A stretch of DNA of 64,000 nt. It comes from SAR202 cluster bacterium (GTDB lineage: Bacteria; Chloroflexota; Dehalococcoidia; Lucifugimonadales; VGZY01). The notes beneath the pieces were generated by a model, which was not told where the DNA came from, made no database searches, and saw nothing but the letters and a program-made list of their open reading frames with translations. Positions 27,318 to 35,845 of this stretch are shown in pieces; the stretch's first letter is position 1, and the number at the start of each line of letters is the position of its first letter. Made by a program: the position numbers and the translations under genes. The DNA is taken from positions 6,547 to 70,546 of the forward strand of contig VGZY01000005.1 of assembly GCA_016872355.1 (NCBI GenBank), read 5' to 3'.

Positions 27318-28970
27318 ATGGCTTCAACTTCGAACTACCAGATCGGCAACTACCACGAGACCTACCGCACTTTCCGGCTTACGGCGCCTGAGCACTTCAA
27401 CTGGGCTTACGAGGTCTTCGACCGGTGGGGGCGTGACCCCAACAAGGTCGCTATGGTCTGGTTAAGCCACGATGGCAAGACGACGAAGAACATCACATAT
27501 CGCTATATGGGGGAGCGGTCGCGCAGGGCCGCAAATGTCCTCTCGGGCGTGGGCGCCCGGCCGGGGGACAGCGTGTTTATCATGCTTCCGCGCATACCGG
27601 AATGGTGGGAGGTCGTTCTTGGCTGCATACGCGGTCTGTTCATATCCGTGCCCGGCACCACGCAGCTCACGCACAAGGACCTTGTTTACCGCATGAATGC
27701 GGCTGGGATCAAGATCGCGGTGACAGATGCCGACAACTACCCAAAGTTCGAGGCGCTTCGGGGCGAGTGTCCGACACTGGAGAAGGTAGTAGTCGTGGGC
27801 GGTGGGAAAGGGTTGCTCGACTATGAGACGCTGATGGCGCAGGCATCGCCGAGTCTTCCGAACCCGAACAATCTGTCTTCTGAGCCATTGATGGTGTACT
27901 TCACATCCGGCACAACGGGCAACCCCAAGATGGTGCTCAACACCCACGCGTCGTACCCGGTGGGGCACATCATCACGGGCAAATTCTGGCTCGATAACCG
28001 GCCGACGGACCTGCACTACACTCTGTCGGACACGGGCTGGGCCCAGGCTGCATGGACGTGCCTCTTCGCGCCGTGGAATATGGGCGCGGCGCTGTTCGTG
28101 TGGGACCACCGGGGCCGGTTCGACCCTCTTGGCACTCTGCAGATGTTCGAGAAGTACCCCATCAGCACGTTCATGGCGCCGCCGACAGCGTACCGCATGC
28201 TCATTCTGGAGGACCTCAACAAGATAAAGCCCATGGCTCTGCGCCATTGCGTGGGGGCCGGCGAACCCGTGAACCCCGAGGTCATTGATGCTTGGAAGGA
28301 GGGCCTGGGCCACCACGTGTGGGAGGGATACGGCCAGACCGAGACTGTGCTGTGCATCGCGCTGTTCCCGGGCATGAGGTACAAGCCGGGCTCAATGGGC
28401 GTGGCGGCGCCGGGCTTCAACATGGCGGTGGTGGACGACAAGGGCAACGTGCTGCCGCACGGCGAGGAGGGCGAGGTGGCGATCCGCCACCGGCCGGTCC
28501 GGCCGGTGGGGCTGTTCGAGGGCTATTGGAAGAACCCGGAGGCGAACGCGAACTGCTTCCGAGGCGACTGGTACTACACCGGCGACCGCGCGACGCTGGA
28601 CGAGGAGGGCTACTACTCCTTCGTCGGCCGCGGCGACGATGTAATCAAGAGCTCGGCTTACCGCATCGGGCCGTTCGAGGTGGAGTCGGCCCTGATAGAG
28701 CATCCGGCGGTCGCCGAGGCGGCGGTTGTCGGCAGCCCAGACAAAATCAGGGGGCAGATCGTCAAGGCGTTCGTCGTCCTGAAGCCGGGGTTCGCCGGAT
28801 CGGATACGCTCGCAAAGGAGCTTCAGGAGCACGTGCAGAGGACAACTGCGCCTTACAAGTACCCGCGTGAGGTGGAGTTCATGGCGGAGCTGCCGAAGAC
28901 TATCAGCGGAAAGATCCGGCGCAACGAGCTACGCAAGCTGGAGATTACACGCAAGTCCAAGAGAGATTAA
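27318..28970 (+). CDS. AMP-dependent acyl-CoA synthetase/ligase (medium-chain type)
   Basis: AMP-binding motifs YFTSGTTGNPK, EGYGQTE, YYTGDRA, PKTISGKIRR. Confidence 0.9.
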   Translation: MASTSNYQIGNYHETYRTFRLTAPEHFNWAYEVFDRWGRDPNKVAMVWLSHDGKTTKNITYRYMGERSRRAANVLSGVGARPGDSVFIMLPRIPEWWEVVLGCIRGLFISVPGTTQLTHKDLVYRMNAAGIKIAVTDADNYPKFEALRGECPTLEKVVVVGGGKGLLDYETLMAQASPSLPNPNNLSSEPLMVYFTSGTTGNPKMVLNTHASYPVGHIITGKFWLDNRPTDLHYTLSDTGWAQAAWTCLFAPWNMGAALFVWDHRGRFDPLGTLQMFEKYPISTFMAPPTAYRMLILEDLNKIKPMALRHCVGAGEPVNPEVIDAWKEGLGHHVWEGYGQTETVLCIALFPGMRYKPGSMGVAAPGFNMAVVDDKGNVLPHGEEGEVAIRHRPVRPVGLFEGYWKNPEANANCFRGDWYYTGDRATLDEEGYYSFVGRGDDVIKSSAYRIGPFEVESALIEHPAVAEAAVVGSPDKIRGQIVKAFVVLKPGFAGSDTLAKELQEHVQRTTAPYKYPREVEFMAELPKTISGKIRRNELRKLEITRKSKRD

Positions 28971-29014
28971 CCGCTGAGAGCACAGTGGACTTTGCGGTCA
29001 CGAACAGGGGTCTT

Positions 29015-30154
29015 ATGTATTTCACCGATGAGCACGAGCTGTTTCGGAAAACTGTCCGGCGGTTTGTGCAGGAGGAGTTAACTCCCAATGTCGCGCGTTG
29101 GGAGGAGGACGGCCTTGTCCCCCGCCAGGTGTTCAGGCGCATGGGTGAGATGGGGTTCCTGGGGGTCGAATACCCGGTGGAGTACGGTGGATCGGAAGCG
29201 GACTTCTGGATTACGGTCGTGCTCGCGGAAGAGCTCGCCCGCTGTGGGGCTGGGGGCGTGGCGTTCAGCATCGTCGTGCATACGGATATGTCTTCGCCGT
29301 GGCTCGCCAGGGTGGGCACGCCGGAGCAGAAGGCGCGCTTCCTGCCGGCCATCACGAGCGGCGAGAAGGTATGTGCGCTTGCGATCACCGAGCCCGGCGC
29401 GGGGTCCGACATGGCGTCGTTAGCGACGACCGCGCGGCGCGACGGCGATCACTGGGTCATCAACGGCTCAAAGACATTCATCACCAACGGCGTCTATGGG
29501 GACCTCTACTTCGTGGCGGCGCGCTCTCGCGATACCGGTCGCAAGCACCAGCAGCTCTCCCAGATTATCGTCGAGCGCGGCGCGTCCGGGCTAACGGTGT
29601 CGAAGAAGCTGGACAAGACCGGCATGCGTTCGTCCGACACAGCGGAGCTGCACTTCGACAACGTTCGCGTGCCAGCGGCGAACCTGCTTGGCGAGGAGGG
29701 CAGGGGCTTCTACCAGCTTGCCGCCGGTCTCCAGCGGGAGCGCCTGCTCTCCGCGGTCCTGAGCATCTCGGCCGCGCGAAAGGCCGTTGAGGATACTGTC
29801 GCGTACCTTAAGCAACGGCAGGCATTCGGGCAGCCGCTGGCGGAGTTCCAGGCCCTTCGGCACAGGATGGCTGACGCCGCGACTCTGGTGGAGGCGTCCC
29901 GGCAGGTCACGTATTCCGCCGCAGCAAAGTATGCTGCGGGCCATGAGTGCTCGATGGAGGTATCCATGGCGAAGCTGTTCTCCACCGAGGCGGCGAACCG
30001 CGTGGCCTACGAGACGGTGCAGATGCATGGCGGCATGGGGTACATGCGCGAGACGCCGATAGAGCGCTTTGCCCGGGACTACCGCTTGTGGACAATTGCG
30101 GCCGGGTCTTCCGAGATGATGCGGGAGATCATCGCGAAGAAAATGTTCTCATAG
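29015..30154 (+). CDS. Acyl-CoA dehydrogenase
   Basis: MYFTDEHELFRKTVRRFVQEEL N-terminus, ALAITEPGAGSD, QMHGGMGYMRE. An alternative GTG start at 28985 cannot be excluded. Confidence 0.9.
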   Translation: MYFTDEHELFRKTVRRFVQEELTPNVARWEEDGLVPRQVFRRMGEMGFLGVEYPVEYGGSEADFWITVVLAEELARCGAGGVAFSIVVHTDMSSPWLARVGTPEQKARFLPAITSGEKVCALAITEPGAGSDMASLATTARRDGDHWVINGSKTFITNGVYGDLYFVAARSRDTGRKHQQLSQIIVERGASGLTVSKKLDKTGMRSSDTAELHFDNVRVPAANLLGEEGRGFYQLAAGLQRERLLSAVLSISAARKAVEDTVAYLKQRQAFGQPLAEFQALRHRMADAATLVEASRQVTYSAAAKYAAGHECSMEVSMAKLFSTEAANRVAYETVQMHGGMGYMRETPIERFARDYRLWTIAAGSSEMMREIIAKKMFS

Positions 30155-30193
30155 CTTCGGAGAAGGCTAGCCGCGCGGCGCAGGCGGCTGGAT

Positions 30194-30598
30194 TCACTGG
30201 GACTGGCGGTGTTGACGTCCTTCGCGCGGCATCTCCTCGACTTCCTTGATCTGGTCAGCCATGGAGGTGCCCGGAGGATTGGCCATGGCCCCGGCGAGCA
30301 TGTTTTCCATACCCTTTTCATGCAGGTCTTCAAACTTGCTGATAGGGATGGCCGGCAAGGTAGTGACATGGACGCCGCCGCGGACGCCGAGCTCAAGAGA
30401 GAAGCGCGCGGCCGATGCGTTGTCGGGCGCGTCGATGACACTCACGAAGTCGTAATCACCGAGCACGCCGTACAGCCCCATCACCTGCACCTCCGGTACG
30501 TGCACTCCCTGCTGCGCCTGCAGCATGCTGGAGGGGTCGTCCAGGACTTTTTGCCTGCCCTCAGGAGTGAGCTTCATCAACAGGAAGTACGTTGCCAT
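30194..30598 (-). CDS. GYD-domain protein
   Basis: Trimmed to ATG 30598 (MATYFLLMKLTPEG...); GVLGDYDFVSVIDAP motif. Confidence 0.75.
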   Translation of the reverse strand: MATYFLLMKLTPEGRQKVLDDPSSMLQAQQGVHVPEVQVMGLYGVLGDYDFVSVIDAPDNASAARFSLELGVRGGVHVTTLPAIPISKFEDLHEKGMENMLAGAMANPPGTSMADQIKEVEEMPREGRQHRQSQ

Positions 30599-30713
30599 GC
30601 GTTGACCCCCGAATGCGCGAGCGCCGTGTTGCATCAGCCTGAGTTGATTGTATCATTGGGGAGTTGAGACGGGGACGTGCTCCAAAGGCTGTACTCACGG
30701 GACGGGTGCGAAA

Positions 30714-31877
30714 ATGGCCACCGAGACAAGCCGGGCAGTGTTTGACCACGCGGACGCCGGGCGGCGAAAGGCGCCGTTCCGGTTCTTCGACAACCGCGAG
30801 AAGTACCTCCAGTTCGTCTACACCTGCAATGAAAAGCAGGTCATAGCCGACCGGATAGCGCGGGAGACCAGGCACATCCAGCCTGTGCAGCCCGCGCTGC
30901 GGCTCTTCGACGCCGGTATGGGCAACGCCACGGTCCTGACCCGCGTCATGCGACAGCTCCACCACAGGCACCCGACGGTGCCGTTCCTCATCGTTGGCAA
31001 GGAGATCAGCCAGGAGGACGTGCGCCTCAGCCTGGAGAAGATGGCGGACCGCTTCTTCGAGCACCCACAAACGGTGCTGGTGGTCACCAACATGTTCTAC
31101 AGTGAGGCGCCGTGGCTCTACCCCAACACGGAAGCCAATCGAGCGAAGCTCAACTGGGTGGAGGTGCCGCTGAAGGGGAGCACTGCCCACGATTTCGACC
31201 GCCAGATCCGCGAGCTTGAGCCGGACCTGCAGGAGTGGTGGCAGACTCGGCCGAGCATGGCAGGAAACCCGGTTTACGTGACGCCTTCGGTGCTCATCCT
31301 TTACCGCCAGGACCAGGCGTGGCCGCTGGCGCCGATAATCCCCCGGAAGCTTGAGCGCGACAGCCAGTACGACATCGTCATAGCGGCGCAGCCGTACCGC
31401 GCAAAGCAGCCTGCGGAGGTCAAGTTGCGCAAGGTGCTCGCCCCGCTGGCGCGGTCGCTCGCATCCGGCGGGTGCATGGTCGTCATCCAGTCCACCGGTA
31501 AGGACCCGGGGATGGAGATCATCCGCAAGATATGGCCTGAGGAGGACCCGTTCACAACGCCGCGCCAGGCGCTTCTGCGCGAGATGAGGGCCCAACTCGG
31601 CGAATCGAACCCCTCGCTGCGGTACCTCAGTTACCGCGATTCACAGGCGGAGTTCCGCTACGAGCTGCAGGTGGGGCCGAGCGAGATCGCGAGCAGCATC
31701 GGGACTTCGACCATCCTCGCCGCGTGGAACGCCGCGACCTACGTTGCGCAGATAGAGGACGAGCACCTGCGGGAGGCGATGAGCCACGGCGCGTACCTGG
31801 ACGCGACGCGCGACGTTTTGCGCCGGTACAGCGGCCTGTGGTTCGTGGACGAATCGTTCGTTGTGGCGAGGCCGTAG
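30714..31877 (+). CDS. Hypothetical protein, possibly class I methyltransferase-like fold
   Basis: Trimmed to ATG 30714. LRLFDAGMGNATVL resembles SAM-binding motif I, and LASGGCMVVIQ a later strand. Assignment weak. Confidence 0.5.
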   Translation: MATETSRAVFDHADAGRRKAPFRFFDNREKYLQFVYTCNEKQVIADRIARETRHIQPVQPALRLFDAGMGNATVLTRVMRQLHHRHPTVPFLIVGKEISQEDVRLSLEKMADRFFEHPQTVLVVTNMFYSEAPWLYPNTEANRAKLNWVEVPLKGSTAHDFDRQIRELEPDLQEWWQTRPSMAGNPVYVTPSVLILYRQDQAWPLAPIIPRKLERDSQYDIVIAAQPYRAKQPAEVKLRKVLAPLARSLASGGCMVVIQSTGKDPGMEIIRKIWPEEDPFTTPRQALLREMRAQLGESNPSLRYLSYRDSQAEFRYELQVGPSEIASSIGTSTILAAWNAATYVAQIEDEHLREAMSHGAYLDATRDVLRRYSGLWFVDESFVVARP

Positions 31878-31908
31878 CAGGTAGGAGGTAGTTAGTAGTT
31901 AGTAGTTG
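31874..31908. repeat. Heptanucleotide tandem repeat (5 units)
   Basis: GTAGCAG GTAGGAG GTAGTTA GTAGTTA GTAGTTG. The first unit contains the TAG stop of the upstream gene. Confidence 0.7.
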
Positions 31909-31967
31909 GTCAAGACATCAGGGCCTCAAGTCCATCGCACCATCGGAATGCAACGTGAGGTTTACCA

Positions 31968-32624
31968 ATGGCCGTGAAGACGAAGCGAATGGCAGTGCAG
32001 GTGCCGGGCTCGATTACGGTAACGGCGGAGTATGCCGACGCCGGGGCAGCGCGGGACATTGTGTTCGCTTACGCTCCGGGAGCGGGGTCGAATATCAACG
32101 ACCCTTTCGGTGTGTACGCCCAGGAAGAGCTGGCCCGTCTGGATTACTCGTCTATCAGGTTCCAGTTTCCGTACAAAGAGGCAGGCAAGAGCGCACCGGA
32201 CCGCCCGCCCGTCCTTGAGGCGACCTGGAGGGCGGTAATACGCGCCGTCCCAACGGGGAAGCGGGTGGTGATCGGCGGCCGGTCCATGGGCGGCAGGATG
32301 GCGTCGCACGTGGTGGCGCAGGGTGAGAAGGTTGCGGGGCTCGCGCTCTTCGCGTACCCGTTGATCGCACCGGGGAAGACCGAGGCGCGCGACGGCCATC
32401 TGAGCGCGATCAAGGCGCCGACTCTATTCTGCTCGGGCACGAAGGACACGTACGCCACTCCGGAGCAACTACGGGCCGCGGCGGCGCAGGTGCCCGACTC
32501 GACCGTGCGCCTGCTGGATGGCGCGGACCACGGTTTCAAGGTGCTGAAGTCCACGGGCCGCACTCAGACGGATGTCTATCGCGAGGCGGCGGCCGCGCTT
32601 GTGGAGTTTATGGGGAAGTTGTGA
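31968..32624 (+). CDS. Alpha/beta-fold hydrolase (COG3571-like)
   Basis: Nucleophile elbow GGRSMGGRMAS, FCSGTKD, GADHGF. 218 aa. Confidence 0.8.
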   Translation: MAVKTKRMAVQVPGSITVTAEYADAGAARDIVFAYAPGAGSNINDPFGVYAQEELARLDYSSIRFQFPYKEAGKSAPDRPPVLEATWRAVIRAVPTGKRVVIGGRSMGGRMASHVVAQGEKVAGLALFAYPLIAPGKTEARDGHLSAIKAPTLFCSGTKDTYATPEQLRAAAAQVPDSTVRLLDGADHGFKVLKSTGRTQTDVYREAAAALVEFMGKL

Positions 32625-32661
32625 GTGGGGCCAAGAAACGATGACTAACACTGATCGCAAA

Positions 32662-32952
32662 TTAGGACTTTGAAGAGCCTTCATCTGGCGGACTCGCCGC
32701 CACAGCAAGCGCGATTTGAACATGCCGCAGTCGGAAAGTCAACGGCTTATGGTTGCATGCGCTGACAAATATCTTTGAGTTCACTTTCGCGTTTCGGCGG
32801 TTGCCGCTCTGAACGTACTGCAGCTTGAGTCCAAGTACCCCGTCCCACCCGTCTAAAGCTTTCGATACCTGGTATTTGATCTCGAAGACCTGTCTGTCGC
32901 CTTCAGTGAAAGGAAACGCGTCTTTTAACACAGTTCCTTTATCGCCACCCAA
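32662..32952 (-). CDS. Orphan ORF in low-GC islet (possibly the 3' part of a frameshifted gene)
   Basis: TTG start. Overlaps the end of the 149-aa ORF by 28 nt in another frame. About 45-52% GC in counted lines. Confidence 0.35.
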   Translation of the reverse strand: MGGDKGTVLKDAFPFTEGDRQVFEIKYQVSKALDGWDGVLGLKLQYVQSGNRRNAKVNSKIFVSACNHKPLTFRLRHVQIALAVAASPPDEGSSKS

Positions 32953-33374
32953 ACGTTCGTGATTTGCCAGTTAGACCACGTGTAGTCATCGCCCTGGTGC
33001 CGCAATGCCGTTGCTTGCATCAATGAAGCGGGAATTCTATTCCGTCCTACAGCTCTTGGAAGTAACCTCATTGGATAGCGTCGGTTGTCGAAAGCGGAGA
33101 AGTCGATTTGGTTGATTGATGCGATGGGAATTCTAGGTCGCAGAGTAATACGCACAATAGACTCACCTGGCGACAACCAGAGTGTGGATGATCTGCGTTC
33201 CCTCTCTGGATCCACTGTTAAGGTTGGGTTAAGGAACCTCATTTCGAATTTGGCATACTCGTCGCGCAAGCTCCTGAACCACCACCACCCAGTGCCCGCT
33301 AAAGCTATAAGCACGGCAACTGCGGCTGCAATAATGTCACCCCATGTGATCGAGCTCTGAATGAAATTGGACAT
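32925..33374 (-). CDS. Orphan membrane-anchored protein in low-GC islet
   Basis: N-terminal TM WGDIIAAAVAVLIALAGTGWWWF. No recognisable family. Low GC relative to flanks. Confidence 0.4.
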   Translation of the reverse strand: MSNFIQSSITWGDIIAAAVAVLIALAGTGWWWFRSLRDEYAKFEMRFLNPTLTVDPERERRSSTLWLSPGESIVRITLRPRIPIASINQIDFSAFDNRRYPMRLLPRAVGRNRIPASLMQATALRHQGDDYTWSNWQITNVWVAIKELC

Positions 33375-33489
33375 GGGTGGTGAGGCCTTTGTTACTCGAA
33401 ATGCGACGGGTAGTCCGTCAAGTTGAATCCTAACAGGCCAACTGAATCTAGTCCACTTCAGGATCTGCAGATGTGAAAGCGCAGCAACC

Positions 33490-34401
33490 CTACTGCAGCT
33501 GCACCCAATCGGCGCCGTGCTGCTCGAAGCGACGCTGGAGCTCGCGGACGGCCTCGGTTGGGATGGGCAGGCGCTTCTCCACCATCTCGATGTTCGATCT
33601 GATGTGCGCAGGGTTGTGGGATCCGACGATAATGGTGTCCACCTCGGGGTGTGCCATTACGAAGCCCATTGCGAGAAGGATGGCGTCTTCCGGCGCTCCG
33701 GGGATGGGACCCAGGTCCCGCAATATCTTTGCGCGGCGAAGGTACTCGTTGGCGTAGGGGTAGGGCGACTCGCTCTTGCCCCACACGCTGTTGGCGACCG
33801 GGCGCTTGATGATTATGCCCATGCCTTTGGCGCGCGCCAGCTTGAGCAGACCTGTGGTGCGCGCGCGCTGGTCCACGAGGTTGTAGCTGGTCTGGAGCGT
33901 GTCGAAGAGGCCGCTCTCCACCGCCCACCGCGCGGGCTCGTTATCGCCGCTGTAGCCGATGAAGCGCGTCTTGCCCGCCTTCTTCGCCTTCTGCATCGCC
34001 TCAATCGCTTCGCCGCGCTGCAACACCGCCAGGCTGCACGAGTGCAGCTGTACCATGTCCACGCACTCCGTCTTCATGCGCCTGAGGCTTCGGTCTATGG
34101 AGTGCTCGATCACTGGGGCGGACCATGGCTGGCCGACGGCGTCGCCGTAGACCTGGCCGCACTTGGTGGCGAGGATGAAGTCGGCGCGCCGGTGTGAGAC
34201 CGACGCCCCGATCATCTCTTCCGTGTTGCCGTACATCGCAGCCGTGTCCAGGAAGTTGACACCGGAGTCCAGCGCCGCCCCCAGCACGCGACCGGCCGCC
34301 GCAAAGTCCGCCTTTGCGTCCTCGTGCCTGTTAATCTCGGCGAGGCCGAGTCCGATGGGCGTGATGTTGAGGCCTGTGCGGCCGAAGGGTCGAGTCTGCA
34401 T
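33490..34401 (-). CDS. Aldo/keto reductase
   Basis: MQTRPFGRTGLNITPIGLG, FLDTAAMYG, 303 aa. Confidence 0.9.
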   Translation of the reverse strand: MQTRPFGRTGLNITPIGLGLAEINRHEDAKADFAAAGRVLGAALDSGVNFLDTAAMYGNTEEMIGASVSHRRADFILATKCGQVYGDAVGQPWSAPVIEHSIDRSLRRMKTECVDMVQLHSCSLAVLQRGEAIEAMQKAKKAGKTRFIGYSGDNEPARWAVESGLFDTLQTSYNLVDQRARTTGLLKLARAKGMGIIIKRPVANSVWGKSESPYPYANEYLRRAKILRDLGPIPGAPEDAILLAMGFVMAHPEVDTIIVGSHNPAHIRSNIEMVEKRLPIPTEAVRELQRRFEQHGADWVQLQ

Positions 34402-34417
34402 GGGTGGAGCCTTTCGG

Positions 34418-34481
34418 GGTGCTGGGTGCTAGGTACTGGGTGCTGGGTCCGATCCGAGACCAGCACCCAGCACCCAACACC
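34418..34481. repeat. Inverted arrays of a heptamer forming a long imperfect hairpin
   Basis: GGTGCTG GGTGCTA GGTACTG GGTGCTG (34418-34445), a 15-nt spacer, then CAGCACC CAGCACC CAACACC (34461-34481). Lies between the dehydrogenase stop and the AKR start. Confidence 0.7.
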
Positions 34482-34487
34482 CTTTTC

Positions 34488-35564
34488 TCAGTGTTCCGCC
34501 CTCTTCATGGGCTTGATGTTGCGCGTGGCCGCGATGCGGCGCTCCGCCATGCGGTCGGCCGCGACGCTCGTCGGAATCTTCTCGTCCTTGGAGGTCTGGA
34601 AGACCTTGAGCGTGGTGTCGTAGATGCGCTGCGTAATCTCTTTGGCGCGGTCCGGGTTGTAGGTCACGCCGACCTCGCAGGAGGCGTTGATGATGCCGCC
34701 GGCGTTCACCACGTAGTCGGGAGCGTAGAGGACGCCCATCTGGTGGAGCTGCTCTCCATGGCGCTCCTCGGCCAGCTGGTTGTTCGCGCCGCCGCAGATG
34801 ATCGGCGCCTTGATGCGCTTGATCGTGTTGTCGTTGATCACCGCGCCGAGGGCGCACGGGGAGAAGATGTCAGCCTTCTGGTCGTATATCTCCTCCGGCT
34901 TGACGATCGTCGCGCCCAGGGAATTCGCAACCTCTGTCGCGGGCTGGTAGAAGTCGGCGACGACCAGCTTCACGCCCTCTTTCACCAGGTGGTAGGCCGT
35001 GTTGCGGCCCACGTTGCCGAAGCCCTGCATGGCGATCGTCTTGCCCGCCAGGCTGTCGCTTCCCCAGAGCTCCTTTGCGCACGCCTTCATGCCCAGGTAG
35101 AGCCCGAGGCCGGTCATTTCTGAGGTGTCGCCGGAGCCGCCCATCGTGCGCGGCAGGCCGACGACGTACTTCGTCTCCTGGGCGATGTGCTCCAGGTCGC
35201 GCGGGGTCATGCCCACGTCCTCGGTGGTGATATAGCGGCCGCCCAACGTGTCCACGAAGCGTCCGAAGGCCCGGAGCATCGCCTCGTTCTTGTCCTTGCG
35301 GGAGTCGGCCCAGATGAGGCCCTTGCCGCCGCCGAGCGGGATGCCGGCAACCGCGGACTTGTACGTCATCGCGCGCGCCAGTCGGAGGGCGTCCATGATC
35401 GCGTCTTCTTCCGTGGGGTGCGGCCAGATGCGAACGCCGCCGGAAGAAGGGCCGAGCGTCGTGCTGTGGATGGCGATGAACGCCTTGAGGCCCACCGAGG
35501 GCTCGTAGCACATCGTGAACTGCTCGAACTTGTAGCGCTCCATGTACTCCATGGTCTTCAGCAT
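34488..35564 (-). CDS. Leucine/valine/phenylalanine dehydrogenase (Glu/Leu/Phe/Val dehydrogenase family)
   Basis: Trimmed to ATG 35564 (MLKTMEYMERYKFEQ...). AIHSTTLGPSSGGVRIW, GIPLGGGKGLI (catalytic Lys region), MQGFGNVG Rossmann motif. 358 aa. Confidence 0.9.
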   Translation of the reverse strand: MLKTMEYMERYKFEQFTMCYEPSVGLKAFIAIHSTTLGPSSGGVRIWPHPTEEDAIMDALRLARAMTYKSAVAGIPLGGGKGLIWADSRKDKNEAMLRAFGRFVDTLGGRYITTEDVGMTPRDLEHIAQETKYVVGLPRTMGGSGDTSEMTGLGLYLGMKACAKELWGSDSLAGKTIAMQGFGNVGRNTAYHLVKEGVKLVVADFYQPATEVANSLGATIVKPEEIYDQKADIFSPCALGAVINDNTIKRIKAPIICGGANNQLAEERHGEQLHQMGVLYAPDYVVNAGGIINASCEVGVTYNPDRAKEITQRIYDTTLKVFQTSKDEKIPTSVAADRMAERRIAATRNIKPMKRAEH

Positions 35565-35674
35565 GCAAAAAAACCCCCGGAGTAGTCCTGCCGGTACGGG
35601 CGACCACAGCCCGGACCGGCGGTGCGATTCGCATTGCGACGAATTTCGCAACTCCAAGCTTAACACACTGGGAC

Positions 35675-35695
35675 GGCAGTGAGCAGTGGGCAGTG
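35675..35695. repeat. Heptanucleotide tandem repeat (3 units)
   Basis: GCAGTGA GCAGTGG GCAGTGG, in the divergent intergenic region. Confidence 0.6.
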
Positions 35696-35845
35696 GGCCA
35701 GACAAAGCAAAAACGGGTAGCGTGTGCCCGGAAACAATGAAGGTGGATTCATGGAAATTTTGAGGAAGGAGGGGGTGAAACGGCTACCGCGGGGGAGACT
35801 GCGATTGGTATTGTGTTTGGGCAAACTTGAAGGCGGGGTGGCGCG

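Noticed and set aside
30561-31595. 344-aa minus-strand ORF, taken as representative of the many long antisense ORFs in the track (others include 2907..3875-, 7971..8942-, 17559..18608+, 22655..23815+, 50151..51239-, 52448..53446-, 58772..59797-, 60894..61748-, 61995..62738-).
   Set aside because: Each lies antisense to, or out of frame with, a gene that has clear family motifs. Their translations are Arg/Pro/Gly/Ala/His-rich low-complexity strings, typical of shadow frames in GC-rich DNA, and none has a convincing SD or recognisable domain.
31874-35695. Heptamer repeats considered as CRISPR or minisatellite arrays.
   Set aside because: The units are 7 nt with no spacers and at most 5 copies, and there are no cas genes. 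This is not a CRISPR array.
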